Source: Kudoa neothunni
Lineage: Eukaryota > Animalia > Cnidaria
DNA length: 64,000 nt
Assembly: GCA_964304625.1 (NCBI GenBank)
Contig: OZ199838.1
Location: 14,813,907 to 14,877,906, forward strand
Direction: 5' to 3'
The notes under the pieces: model-generated
The model's database searches: none
The model's input: only the letters and a program-made list of their open reading frames with translations
Told to the model about the DNA's origin: nothing
Part shown: positions 27,429 to 42,119 of the stretch, one piece after another
How positions within the stretch are numbered: the first letter of the stretch is position 1
Layout of the letters: the number at the start of each line of letters is the position of its first letter
Made by a program: the position numbers and the translations under genes

Positions 27429-28624
27429 TCTCGCATATTAACGCTAATCCCATCGCAACTATTCGTTACATCAATTTTCCGTTATAAAATACGTTTCATT
27501 ACATTAAGTTAAGCTGATAGCTAATATTTTTATAGGGAAGACAGTCATAAAATTTGTTTTTAATTTTTAGAGATAACCACCATCGGACTCGTCTTTTTTT
27601 AATTAAATTATTTTTAGTATGTGATTTCTGTACAGTGTGTGTTGACCATAAAATTAGGAAAATTGGAATAAATTATATAATTTTTAATAACAAACGCTAA
27701 GGTCTCTAAAATTTAAGTAACTGAGGTTGATCTATGTATTAATTGTACAACTCCAACTTGAGATGTAATTCACTGGCGAAAAAGGTATTTAATGGACCTC
27801 TCATCCTTAATGTATAACTTTATATTTATTCAGTAAATTCGGCATGAATCCTAAATAAAGTATCAAAATATATTTTAATGTTAAAATCATTAATTTCACA
27901 TCTCAAATTGTCTCATATTTAATTTATTGTCCTTATGAGGAGATTTGTTACCAACAAATTTGCGTTTAGTTATATTAAATGTTTAGTGGCAGTTAGTGAT
28001 ATAAATAATTACGTAAAAATTAAAGTATTAATTAGTTTCACCTCCATTGTGAGGAAAACGAAATCCGGTTGTACAAATATGCTATTGAGATTAAAAAATA
28101 GATTTTATTATTTATTTATTATAAATCTTATTTTAACCAGTCATTTTCGTAAAATAAGTAGAAATATACTCACTTTATATTTCTCCTACGAGAGCATGTA
28201 TCGGTGTGTAATTGCTAATTTTAACCGTTATTGTTCGTACTTAGAATAATATAGAGATTAATTAAAATCATTTCTGTTTAAAATTTCCCTATTTCTTTTA
28301 TTTTGTATTTCAATAGCTTAATATTGTCGGTTCAAAACGACTTTTGCTGAATAAGATATGGAAGCATCTATCATTCGACCAAAATGTTTTGATAAAATGA
28401 TATATATTATTAAGCTCCCTCAATCTTCTAGAGAAATTTTAAATCCGTTATAACAAAGTACACTAAAAAATAATGAACTAAATCTGAATTCAAGAAATAA
28501 AACTAATCGAGACTGCGTACCCGTGGGCGCATCTACTTCATCTTTACAGGTATAGAGAAATGCAATGTTTCAATACCAACATAAAATCCACTCACGCAGT
28601 GGAGTAAAATGACTGGAACCTTTT

Positions 28625-30810
28625 CTAACCTTCGAAATAGCTTGAAAAGTTACACCTTCCAAATAAAATTGGGGTATATTTCGACTCCACATTTTTTTTA
28701 ATTTTTGCATAGTAAATATAAATTAAACTGTTTATTCAAATTTTAAACAATATCCATCGACAAAAAATTCTAAAAAAGCGAAATGAAATTGCTAATATCG
28801 CACCGCGTGATTAATTGGAGAATTTAAGTTTTTGATGATTTAATTGTATCTAGAATAAGAAAAAGCCAGTATATCCGCTTAATATTTCGTTTATTCTTAA
28901 CTTCTTATATCTTAAACAGTTAAAAAATTATTAAACAAATTTTATCTCTATATAAATGATATAAGATGTTAAATAACAGAAATAGTATCATAAACAATTC
29001 AAACAAACAGTTGTAGAATGTTTTCTACAACATGATGCGTTGCAACAATGACATTTTGCTGAGGTTTCGTGGTCTTTTTTTCCTTCACACAATTGACATC
29101 TTTGAATCGAATTTTTAGGAGCGTTATTCACAAGTATGCCAGCTGAATTGTCTCCTTTTCTTCGCGTTCTTATAACGCTTGTCAATTCTTCAGCCATCCT
29201 TTTTAAATAATTTCTCCTGCTTATGTTGGCTTGATGATATACTTCTTTATAAACTGAAAACCCATTTATCAATGAAATATCAACCATGTTGAAAAATACA
29301 ATCAGGGGCCAGCGTCTAATGAATTTTCTTACACTTACAGATGCAAGTAATCGAGAAGTAGTATCAACCTCCCCCCTTTGCATAGTTATAATGGACTATT
29401 ACATCAGGTTCGTTTCTCTTGGGCAAGTACCTTAAAATCAATTTTTTACCGTCAAACACAAAAAGGGAATTGACAGGAGTATTTTTCAATGGTCTTAAAT
29501 ATGGTGTAATTTATCTTTTATTAGATCTCAATGTTCCAAGTAAGGATTTTTTTCTTAGCAGTTCGTCGGACAGTTCCACAGACGTGAAAAAGTTATCACA
29601 AACCAAATTTCGACTAGAACCATGCAGTGGGTTAGGTAACTTCAATACTATGTTATATCCGATGCTTATTGCCTTTTTATCTAATTGGTTCTACTTTCCC
29701 AAAAAGACGTCGATATTATATACATAGGTTGATCTAGGATCAATTGCGAGATAAAACTTAATGCCATATTTGGCTGGGTTGCTAGGCATGTATTGTTTAA
29801 ATGGGCAGCGGCCTCTGAAAGACACTAGCTGCTCATCAATGCATACATCCTCAAATTGGCGGAAACTAAGTGTAAGCAAATCACTCTAAATAGTCCGGAC
29901 CCAGACGTCCCGAATATGGCTAAATTTATCAGACTCTTTTTTCAGCTCTCGAGTCGCCAGATCATCTAAGTTGAGGGTCCTTATAATTTGCCTGAGTCTA
30001 TTACTATAAAAAAGATCTCTATAAATTTGTCGGCCTTCGTCAACTCTAAATAACTCCGAAATGGGTTCCTGTTGGTCTTTATGGATAGCTATTAACAACT
30101 GGCATCCAATATAACAGGAAAATTCGGTTTCATCTAAATTATTCCAACTACTGCCAAAGTGATTAGCACCAAACAAATTAGTAAATTTCTTGGTTCAAAA
30201 ATATTCGGAAAGTATCACCTGAATTAGTCATTCAGAATAAAGCGAAAGGTGATACACCAGGACGACTATTAAAAATAATTTCTGATCCAGTTCTTGAAAT
30301 TATAGGTTTATTAACTGACCACAAAGTTCAATTTTTGTCAAGCAAAGAATCAATGGCCAATTCAACGTCATCATCAGATGTATCAGATGAGATTTTATTA
30401 ATAAGTGGATTTTCAACATTGAGATCATCAAAATCGGAGCAACTATCGCAACAATGAGAAGAAGAGTTCATAGTTTAAGGATGGCGCAAGCGCGAAGATA
30501 ATGTGTCACTAATATATTGTTATTTATTCAATGTTTTATCAATTAAATTTTCTTGAAACTGAATTATAAATATTATTTTTTACAATTTTACCAAAAAACC
30601 CTGGGGTTGATTTATATCCCATTTTTATTTAGATGTTTTTGATTTAATTTGTTTTCTTTTTAAAATACGAATACCTTATTACATTTTTATAAAGATCTCT
30701 ATAATATAGAAGATTACATGAAATCAAAATCAAATTAATCATTTATGGCTAAAAACGACCTTATAGCATGCGTGGGGTCGAAATACACCCCATTTCATTT
30801 AGAAGATTAC
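28625..30810 (-). mobile_element. piggyBac (PGBD4-like) transposon, inactivated
   Basis: Fragments CIDEQLVSFRGRCPFKQYMPSNPAKYGIK, VCDNFFTS, GEVDT, RRWPLIVFFNMVD and a C-terminal Cys-rich domain. Inverted ends CCTTC...GGGGT.TATTTCGAC.CCAC. Frameshifted. Confidence 0.92.
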
Positions 30811-31665
30811 GTGAGATTAAAAATTTCAATTATTTTGATGATAATTTATCAAAAAATAGTCTATTCGATTTAAAGAATACAAAATCCGTCATTATATAAT
30901 TCTGTCGAGTTAGATTATGTGGTCGCGAAACCGTAAATGTAATAAAATTTGTTAAACATCCGTATCTAGAATTTTGATATCCAAACAAACACTTGTATCA
31001 TCCCTTTGATAAATTATTTAACTTACACTCATATAGGGCATACATTCAAACAAATCATTTAAGCATTGGATTTTGTATTAATAAATGTTAAAATGGCCCA
31101 AAATCACTAAAGTGTAGTGACTAGAGGTGCACGAACACAGCACAGATATTAGATAAAACCTGTTGTGTCTTTTAAGTGGTTGTTCTCTCTGCGTATTGAA
31201 TCCTTACATAGAATCGTCCGAAAAACATAAAATACATTGATTTGATGCGTTTTAAATACCATAAAACCTCTAGCCTGGAGTAAATTTTTGTGATATTGGC
31301 GCACGCGCCACTTGCAAGTTAATGCTAAAATAATGCAAGTATTATATACTAATAAAAATTTAATTGAAAATTAGCTAACAAGGGTAAATTTTAAGCAATA
31401 AATATGATGGATTTATAAACTACTAAAAACCTAGAGTGGCAGTCCAAATATTGCTCAAAATTAAAAAAATGCGCAAAAAATATGAAAAATTTGGATAAGA
31501 CCTAATTGTTAAAACAATAATTTGTGTACGTCAAAGATCTAAAGAGTTCAGCCTATAGATGTTAGCTAAAAGATACCAAACAAATATTTTGGTATGAGAA
31601 GAGTCTGTGTTAATCTGGTGGATACGCAAGACAACACGGCAGCCACACCATGCCGGCAGAGTTGA

Positions 31666-34600
31666 TCATTTTTTACTCTTAGGCCTTTGACTCGCGGTAG
31701 AAAGCTGTGAGAGACTGACATCTGAATTTTCGGTTTTCTGGGATAGGTTGGCAAACATGTTAAAATTTGGCATATCTTGAGGAATTGGGAACATGTTTGT
31801 TGGCAGCGACGGCATCATCATCGGATTTAAAGTGGGGAAGGGCATGGTGAATGGATGATGACAGTCAACATTAGGGTTGTCGGTTTTCAGAGACTGCTGC
31901 ATCGCGACAAACTTTTCAAAATTTTGATAGAATGTTGAATGTGCATGAGGCAGAAACATTGGCATTATATTCCCAACATCATGTTGTGAGACGGGATGTG
32001 GTTTGGTTTCGGTCATTGGTGTAACATACGGATGATGAGGAACGTTGGAAACCTGTTCAACACCATGTGGCATTACTGGATCAAGCATGTATGAAGGTAT
32101 AAATCTGGAATTCTATTACACACATTCAAAAATTAAAATCGAAATCGAATCTACAAGGGATGATTTATTAAATGGTTTCAATGGTTTGGTCAACAGTATA
32201 GTGCTTTCCTTGAAGTTGCTTAGGGGACCCTCAACAAGAACATGTTTTTCTTGATATTCGGATATGAGATGATACCACAAAGCGTGCTACGTCAAACAAA
32301 CTATATATCCAGATGAAAGAACGAGTTATTTACTTTGGAGAGTACTTTCGGATTTCCAACTATTATCATACCATACCTATTGAAAACAAAGTAATTTCAA
32401 CTTCCATTAACCACTATGTATCACTTGGCACGGGTGAGAGCAACATTGAGACGGCGAGGGTCATTCAAAAATCCGATCCCCTATTCATGGAAAAATCAAA
32501 ATATAAATTTACAGAGCTGAATATGAAAAAATTAAAGTATAGATGAATTTTTTAGTGATCAATAAATAATTAATAATATACTTGATAATCGTTTGATCTC
32601 ACACACGTCATAATAATGTAATCTTTTTCTCTACCTTGGAAAGCATCCACACTCGCAATCTCCAAATTCTGTTAAACTATCACTAACCGATTCCGCATGT
32701 AAATAAACATACTTCGTACGAGGACACTGTGAGGTTGGAACTATTCTGCATGTAATTGACTATGTAAGCTCGTTGACCTTCATATGGAGTGATGACACCA
32801 ATTTGATCAGCTTTGGCTCCACCTTTGATAAGTTTGGCTATGATCTGCTCAACCATAGCTGCTTCGGTTCTATATCATGTGTGAAAATTTATCAAAAAAT
32901 TCAACAGAAAGATTGCTAACCTATTCAAGTACGACGTACCGGATGACGAAATTTCCTCATAACCAAACGCACAATAAAACAACATGGGTTTTTCGTGATC
33001 AGGCCATGGGAAACATACGGTAGATTTCTGGCGCTCCGCAATAGTTACTCCATTGTGAAGAGTTCCATCGTAGAACATATTCGAGGAAAATTCAGAGAGT
33101 GCAGGGTGCATACGATACTGAACTTGCAATCGAAGGGGTTTGTTGCCAAGAATAACCATTCGTTCAAAGAGCGATTGATTTAGTCCAGCCCTACTCATTT
33201 ATTTTAGGGAATTATTAAATGGGGAACATAAGCACTGAGCTGCTTTTTTACACATAACCACAGGTCCAAGTTGATAATGATCGCCAACTAGCACAAGCTA
33301 ACGAAAATATTGAATAGGCGCAAGAGCATGGTATGCCTAGATGGTATTACTTGTTTACATCCGTGAATAATAGGGACAATGCATTCAGGTTCGGTCGACT
33401 GGGTGGATTCGTCCAAAAGAACGTATCGGAAAATCACATCTGCTAGACGTCTGTCACCGGCGCCAATACAAGTAGTACAAACCACATCCGCACTCTAAAG
33501 AATTTTCATTATTGTTATGCAACAGTAGATTAAATTTAATTATTAAATAGTCTACACTTTCTTTGCATTATCTGTTCTTGTCATGAACCATTTTTGACAA
33601 TAACATTACTTTTTATCAAAATAATTGATCTACTGAAATTATATTAATATCATTTTATAAGAATCTAATCCTGTTCTAACAGAGAAGGTCATAAAATAAT
33701 TAAGTTCCCCTTGAATCCATTATTGTGACCAAAAAATAAATAAACATGATTAATTCTGAAGAAATAAAGTTTATAACTTGTCTAAGACAGACTTGTGTTT
33801 TCGTGCGAATTATAAAATTATTTAAAAAATTAAAATAATACGTTTATAAAAGTTTCCATAAAATTCCAATTATACAGTTGAATATTTATTTTGTCAGAGC
33901 GGAGAGGGGGATTTCGATTTATCAAATAAATAAATAAATAATGCAGGATCTGAATGTCAACTGAGGGAAACTAAGACTTAATTCTATATTATTAATAAAA
34001 TTCAAAATGAAATTAAGTATCAGAATCATTAATAAATAGAGGAATCTCAAATGACATCTATTTTTTATGACAGAAACGAAATTATAATGACTTTTTATTG
34101 GAAAATCCACATGAGTTTAATCTAAAAACACTGCAAGATGTCCTCTAACATTTCAACTTCATGGTTGTAATGTTACAACACGATATTAAAAAAGTTATTA
34201 AATTAATGATAATTCGAAATGCTGCTATGTACTTTACATATTGTAAAACGTAAAATTAAAATTTTATGAGTTCCAATATTCAGGAGAAAATATTGTAATT
34301 ATTCAATATATTCAAAACTTACATTGATCACTTCTTTTTCAGCTTTTCTTAAAAGAGAAATATACTTCTCTTCATCTGTATCTGACAGGCCACCTTGTTC
34401 TTGCTTCAACTTGATATACTTATGTAACTCGTCTGAGTTGATGGTTGTGAGTTTGGAAGTTTTGACTTTTTCATGTAAACTCAAAAATGCGACATTACAT
34501 TCGATGGATTCGCGACTTTTGGCGCATAATCTCACGACCTAACCAATTACGCATTGGTTATGACAATTTCAACCCTCACAAAAAACTAACGTTTAATTTG

Positions 34601-37600
34601 GTGATGTGAATTTTTTCCGCCAACTGATCCACCGCAATATTACTAGGGGCGCACACCAATATTGGGCCTTGTTTTTGCTTGGCAAGATGATACACGATTG
34701 TAGCGGAGGTAACGGTTTTTCCAGTTCCAGGCGGTCCCTGATAAAAAATTCAAATTTAAAAACCAACCAAAGCGCTAAGGCCTACTTGAATTAGACTTAA
34801 CGGTTGGTTGAGAACTGACTGAACCGCGTAAACCTGAGAATGATTTAATTCAGGTAGGCCAGGTGCTGAGTATCTATCAATAAAAACGGTCGAAAAACCT
34901 ACATTAGAAATCACTAGGGAACCTTTTAGGCAACTTATTGTTCATTTTCATTTCTTCCATAGTGTGACCCAACAATTTCATATACACATAGTTGCTCATG
35001 CACTTTTCTTTTTCGGCAAATGTTTTCAACGCAGCTTTCATTCGATCGTAAGACGTGGATTTCCATACAAATTCAACCACAAAATTTTCGGTTTTCGTGA
35101 AAACCACTTCCGAATCGACTTCATTTTTAGCGCTATAACCAATTTCGACCCCAATCTCCTCACTGGTAGCTAATTAAATTAGTATTTTAAACGATTTATG
35201 CATAAAAGCTAATTATAAAAACATACTGTTTGGTATTTTAACCACGTAACATTTCGAGCACCATTTCTTTGAAAGGCCTCCCTCAACCAATGTGTAGTTG
35301 ATTCGTAATTCATCACCGTGCATGAGTTTGATATCGTTGTCACTTTGGGGTAACAGAAAATATGCATGTCGCTTCTTATTTAATGCTATAGCCCATCGTA
35401 TTCGAACATTCTCATACGACTATAGGTAAAATATATCCAATTTACAAAACGTCATTAGAAATGATATACTTTTGCTTCCTTTAGAAGCTTATCGTAGTCG
35501 GCTTCCAAGGAAACCAATGGTTTCATCACATGGCTATAGTGATGTCCATCGTTATAACTAAATTGGTAAAATTACTCTATACTCCATCAATCAATTATTA
35601 GTAAAAAAGAATTCTCGTCAATACGTTTACATTAATTATTATTAACTTGCGCAAAATCCCCGCTTCGCAAAGGCTTCCTTGCCCAGCCAAGTAGGTTAAC
35701 ACCTGGCGCAGACTAAAGCCTTTTTGATTTTTAAGTAAATTGCGCTAATGCCCGGTTTTGACTGGTACAATGTGATGGAAAAGTTAATCTAATCAGCACT
35801 TTAAACCTTGTAAATTTTATTTTTCTGTTTTAATTTATGCATTTTAAACCTTGGAATTGTTATTTTTGTATTGCAATGATTTAGATAAATCAAAATATGC
35901 ATTCACATTTGATTCAAATATAAATAGAGGCATAGGGCGAAAAATAATGAATTTTTAGAAGTTTATTCTACTATTTATTGACCAACAATACAATGATCTT
36001 AATTTTATGAGAAATCTTATTAATATTTATTTATTAGACGAAAACATTAGGTAACCTAAAAGAGGATTTTCTGTTCCTTTCAAAATTTTGCGATAAAAAT
36101 TAAGTCCTTTAATTATAAAATCCATCATTAGTCTACAAACGATAAGAAAAAAATTAAAATAAACATAAGATGCGTCAAAAATAAAAATATTAATTATTGT
36201 TCCTATCTCATAATTTTACGAAGATTGCTAATTAGGTTTTAATAATCTGTGACCGGAAGATGTTAGATTCGTTATTTGACAAAATTTTTCGGCTTTTATA
36301 TAAATGACATCTTTATTAACAAAAATACAAATTTAATGAACTAATTATGATTAAATCTAAAATTTTAAGGTGTTTTTGGTTTGAAAAATTCCGATAATGT
36401 TTATATATCTATTTGATTCTTTCCGGGGTGTTCTTTGTTAAAAATACACGTATTATTTGATTGTCCCAGGAATTTTTGTTACATAACTATTCTCAAATTA
36501 AGGCAAACTTTGTAAAAACATCAGTTAGATTGAATAAACCAGTAACTTCTAATTAGCTGTCATGGTACATAATTTGAGTGGGCTGTATTTTTGGAAAGAG
36601 TAAACGTGGATATAAATTCTTAAACAACCTATAGCATGTGGAAGGGAATATTATATTCGGTTTTTATATAATTTTTAATTATTTGTAACCTAAAAAAACT
36701 TAATAATTATTTGAATGTTAAAGTTAATTAAAATCTGAATGGAGGGAATAATCAAGTTTATGGGAGCTTAAACGTTACTTAAAAATTATCCCATCAAACA
36801 TAGAAAATTATTGAATTAGTTATGCCGGTTGTTTCAAAGGGAAGTTTAGGAATACCTAAAAATCAGTAAAATCTTATCGAAAGGATGAATATAATTCCAA
36901 TCTCAATCGATGGATTTGATACAAAGAAATTTTCACATCTTGATAATTCTGATAAATTTTAATTTAAGAAGCTACCGCAAAAATTTTAATATTTGAAAAC
37001 TCTACATACATCTTACATCGTTTTTAGGATGCATATAGAGTTACCAAATACTCCTTTATAGAGACAAGTTATAATCTTGAATTATGTATTTTATTTAAAA
37101 TTATGTTATACGTCCTCAATCCATCATTAAATAAACAGATTTAAGCAATCTTATTGCATTAAAATAATTAATAAAAATTCTTAAAGTGCGCTTGCTTGTC
37201 AAGTAAAATATATTTATGAGTCATAAGTATATAAGAAATTTGATTGCGTTCATCCTATAAAATGCACATCTAATTTCTGTATACAGATAGATGACAATAT
37301 TAAATCAACGTTTGATTATAACATGTAAGAATAACGTTAACTTCAGTCATCACCCTGAAATAAATGATTTTATTCCCACTTAATATAGTTTTAATCTAGT
37401 TACATCGATGACAATCCTATAATAATTTGACGCTTTTAATCCGGCCAACGAATTTAAATCCGGGAAAATAAGTATTCCTTTTTTACTTTTAAAGTTTCTC
37501 ATGATGCCACAACAATTAAAATAATTTTTACTGTATCTTTGATGATTAAAAGTTTCATAAAAATTTGTCTGAGAGAAAAATTTAGTCGCACACATGTACT

Positions 37601-39596
37601 TGTGGACACACAAACGAGCACTTCAGCTTTATATATAAGGTAGATATATATATAGATAGATTTTTTGTGAATAACAACAATTTCTGCATTAAAAAATCTA
37701 CGTAGTCTTTAGTTAACCCTCTTAAGACAACCTTGGGCTCCAAAAACCCATCTTTCTATTATTTTTAAAATAAGGTTTGTTAATGGACTTGTTACATTTT
37801 ATGATAATTGGCCAAAATTTCATCTACTTTCAAAAAAATATTGTTTATCGATTAATGTAATAAAATGGTTAAAAGTTTCGGCAAAAATACTCGAACGGTA
37901 ACCAACTTAACAACAAAATAATATAAAGATGGGAGTGTGCGGCCTATCTATGGTTGTTCTCAAAGGGTTAGCCGAAATATTATCTATTATATATCAGAGA
38001 AATTTTAAAACAAAATTTGGCATCATGAGTTCACGCATTATCATATATGTTTCATATTTTAGATTGGCAAATACAACAAGGTTTTTAACAATGTATAATT
38101 GAATTTAGTTTAGCAAGAAAAATAAATAAATTTGCTAACTACAAATATTCCATGTTTACTGTAGCAATAGCCACGCAATCGTGTTATTATCATAACGATT
38201 GGCTTATAAATTGGGTTACTCTTGAATGACCCCCGGAAAATATTATTAATGTTGCTACGATAAAAATCCGATTCTTTATCGATTAAACATTCAATTTTTC
38301 TTTACGTCATGTCAGTTAACAAGTTGAAATTATGAAGCTTTAACCCGAATATAAATTACTCCTATTTGGAAGTAATACTTATTCTATTATGCGAGAAATG
38401 AGTTTTTAACTGTATTTACTCAATTAAACTAAACTTTATTTATTATAAATTGGCGGGATTAACCAAAATGATAATAAATATTGAAAAGTAATGAACAATA
38501 TTACAGTCATTCAAAAATTATTTAATTTTAAATGCATACAAAAAAGATCAGTAACATTCGGCGAGAGTTAAAATGTGTTAATTTAAATCAAAATTTGAGA
38601 ACGATACAATAAACAATCAAACAAACATACATAAGTGATACTGATTCGATCGGCAAGATATCCTCTGGTTCAGTGGTATCTTTGTAGGAAGCGGTGGGGT
38701 CATTTTTTATGAGTTCTTCAAGTTTGAGAATCTGGGACACCGTAATCGGCACAGCTTTGTTCAGATCGGCTGCCGACGGTCTAGCTACAAGCCATTCCAA
38801 GAATGTTCTTTCGTGTATTAATGGTTGCCATTCGATAGACTGATTGTTAATATCTTTGTTTTTGTACTGATTGAAACATGTGTTTCTACACAGGAGCACG
38901 ATAACCGAATCATTTTTAGTGGGGACAAATCCCAAAACAAACACATTTCTACAACCACAGTTGTAACATTCAAGCACAGACTCCCCAATTGGGCCGTCAC
39001 TATGGAGCATAACCTCTTTGTGTTTTGATTTAACGAGATGGCTTATAATGTGACTATACACAGCAAATAAAAACAAAAACAACTCATTCACATATACCTT
39101 GTGGAACCATGACTTTTACCATTACAAAACCACATATTACACTGAAGACATTTGACCACACATTTAGGATCATGAATTGTACAGTATCTTTAAACGAATG
39201 AAATAACTTTTTATACTAAATAAACGACTTGCAAGCGTGAGCGGGAAGAAAATTTCCTGAACCATCTCCATCAGCAGCAGCAGCTGCTCGATCGATTTGA
39301 TCGATAGTCATATCGTCCAACGCATTCATTACTGCTTCACTGACATCGATATTGACATCGGCCAATGATTCATCAAAATCTTGTGTCAAATTCTGTGAAA
39401 AACAACTTTGACTCATGTTTTGTGAAAGAGATTCATCAAGACCACGTCCAGTAACACCAACACTAGATTGACTTGCTAAACTCAATGACGGAGCTCCAAA
39501 ATCCAATTCAGACATTTGAGAGAGTCCTTCTGGATTCAGTGATAGATCTTCAACAAAACTCAACGTCTGTTTAGCAATTTCGTCATCTCGACCCAT
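31666..39596 (-). CDS. UPF1: Regulator of nonsense transcripts 1 (NMD SF1 helicase), about 17 exons
   Basis: An intact frame can be spliced: CH domain (LPAHACKYCTIHDP...WFCNG...SHIISHLV...[18 protein letters not shown]), Walker [42 protein letters not shown] and [10 protein letters not shown]. All introns are GT-AG; two are long (about 3.0 kb and 0.8 kb). Confidence 0.97.
35646..37660 (-). mobile_element. ~2-kb non-autonomous Helitron-like element in the long UPF1 intron
   Basis: 5' end A|TCTATCTATATATATCTACCTTATATATAAAAG. 3' end has a GC-rich hairpin-like GCCTTTGCGAAGCGGGG then CAAG|T, a variant of CTAG. Confidence 0.65.
37713..37971. mobile_element. TTAA MITE in the UPF1 intron
   Basis: TTAA-CCCTCTTAAGACAACC ... 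GGTTGTTCTCAAAGGG-TTAG. Confidence 0.6.
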
Positions 39597-40945
39597 TCTT
39601 GGGGTATTTCCTCTAGATGTGCCCGCGCATATTGGAATGGAAAATTATCTCAGGTGTGATTGTGCTTTATAGTGAAAATTTCATTATTGTTTTCATTTAA
39701 ATGTATCATTTGGAATTTTTTATGTTCTTATAACTAATTGAAATGGAGCATCGTCCTGACTCACTAACCAAAATATTTAAATAAGCATTTATTTGATACA
39801 AATTTTTGCTGTTGGGACTTTTTATAAGTTAATACCAGTTTTGTATATTATAAATTTTAAAACATTAATTTATTTCTTTTAGTAACGAACACTACACTTC
39901 AAGAAAAAACATTTTTTATTTTTTTTAGTACTGTAAGTGGGTTTCAAAAATGCTACAAAAAAGTCGCCGCAGTACGAGTCAAGGCATACTTGTAGGTTTC
40001 TTATTTCTAAAATCGCTATTACATTTTTAATGTTCAATGTTAATCGAAATAAACATTTTGTTTTAAAGATAATTACCCTCATGAACATTTTTATTAAAAC
40101 TCGATTTTAATGAAAATTATTTTTCAAATAAAGCTAAAACTTGTGAATGTATATGAAAATTTAGCTCGTAAAACCATATTTTTTTAACAAAAATATTACT
40201 AGAAAAAAATTTACATGAAATGAAATTCTTAGGGTCCGTATTCGTTTAGCATAGCTAATAGGGGGTCCGCGAGTCAAAAAAGGTTGGGAACCACTGGTCA
40301 AAATTATACCCTACCTGGATTTTATGTTCGGCATCAACAGCCATTTCCTTAATTATTTCATTTCCATAGGAGAGAAACGATGACTCAGAAATAATTTAAT
40401 ACAGCATATTTCGATAAATAAATTTTGATAGATCAGCTGTAAATATGAATTATTAGGGATTAAAAATTTCCGTCTCAGCTCGGTAGCCAGTAGCCAATAG
40501 CGCTTATGTGCAATGTTATATAGTAACAGATTTGGCATTTTCTTGGAAGTTACTGTGGAAGAATTATTATTTTTATACGTTTGTTTAATGTTTCTATATT
40601 TCATTCAATTTTGGTAAACATTCAAAATAACTAATCTATTGTTTGCACAAATTTGCCAAAGGAGTGCGGAAAAACTCACCAGTCACGTGATCGATAGCCT
40701 GGAAATTTCATGACCTTAATGTATTATTTTTATCCATATACTTTGAAAAATATAATGAGAAAAGTATTATATATCTATTTTACATTCGACCATTCAAACT
40801 TGTGTTGCAATATTAAAATCTGCGTAAAATCCGACCTGTGTAAAACTGGTCACTGGACTGTATAATCAAACTAGTGCGTATGAATATTTTTACTGTGAAA
40901 ATCGTCACTTTATTTTTAATAGAGGTTATAATGAACAAAAGAAAT

Positions 40946-42093
40946 GGTACGGGCGAAAGTTTGTCGGAGATTTTTTGTGCGCTTAAAAATGAGTGAAAAT
41001 ATTGAAAAATACTTTCAAAATTTTGAAAATTCGAAAAAATAATGACATGATCCTATACAAAGATTATTTGGCTAATTTACAGTATATGTGTCCAGCGTTC
41101 GGCAAAAAATACAAAACATCGTGAAATTTCAAGTAGGGTTATAATTCGTTAATAAAAACTTAAATGACGTGCTAATTTCTTTCCCCTTATATTTTCTTCT
41201 GTATAAGAAATCAGATATATAGCTTGGGATTGTATCTGGATTTTTGTTTGTTATGGAGCGATATTTTTTTTTTTGAATGCCCCCCCCCCCCCCCCATGTT
41301 GACTCAATCTTATTGGTGTGGACTCCTTGAAGCGAAAACAAAGTTGTTCTTGTGAATAACAGTGCCATGAACGAAACTTAAATCTTCAAGTCTATTGTAA
41401 CCAGCCCAACCATCAGTCCATCAGTTCATATGGTAGATCCGGCTTCAACATTATTTAATGTAATGTCTTCAAGAACTTGGCGATTTCGATATCGCGAAAG
41501 TTTAAGAAAACAGTTACCATTTTCATCAATTCCTCCGATCATCCAAAATTGTTGATTTTTTCAGGATTCGACCAACATCATATTTTCTTTTACATATGGC
41601 AGTTTCGTCTATTTGAACAACAGCACCGTTCCTACCAATTTTGGGAAAGTTCTTCATTTAACTTTAAAAACATGAATTTCCTTAACTATTGTTTTCCATT
41701 CGAAAATCGTAGAATATGAGGAAATGTCCAAATGTCTCGTTAAATCTTCATATGTCATAGTTGGATGTTGAAGAGTTATAACTATCAACAAAAAATAACT
41801 TCAATAAAGGAAGTTTTGAGAGTTAGAAAATTGTTCCGTTACTCATAGACACCCGTTTTTTTGCAATGGTTGCATTTTAACTGATATTTGTCACTTATAT
41901 CACTGCGAGATATCAATTTTAATTTCCCGCCGCAATTACATGATCGATTTAGATTTATAAACCTAAATTTTCTAAAATATTAATTGTATATTGTTGGTTA
42001 TCACGAAAATAGCCATAATCTAAAATTGTAATTCTATCAATTGTTTCAAAATCGAAATTTTGCATTTTTCGGAATAGTCAAAGCGCGTGTACC
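40946..42093 (-). mobile_element. Decayed Merlin/IS1595-like element
   Basis: Fragments GVHTNKIESTWGG and YISDFLYRRKY, plus TDG-W-AGY-like sequence near 41400. Weak GGTAC...GTACC termini. Confidence 0.7.
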
Positions 42094-42119
42094 GGATGCA
42101 GACGAAAAATTACGAACGC

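Noticed and set aside
40240-40297. hAT-like ends GGTTGGGAACCACTG (and GGTTAAGAATCACTG near 51180)
   Set aside because: Probably MITE remnants, but I could not find matching opposite ends, so they are not listed as features.
41264-41295. T run followed by a ~16-nt C run (poly-Gly in the Merlin remnant)
   Set aside because: Slippage in a dead transposon or a homopolymer sequencing error. No evidence of phase variation.
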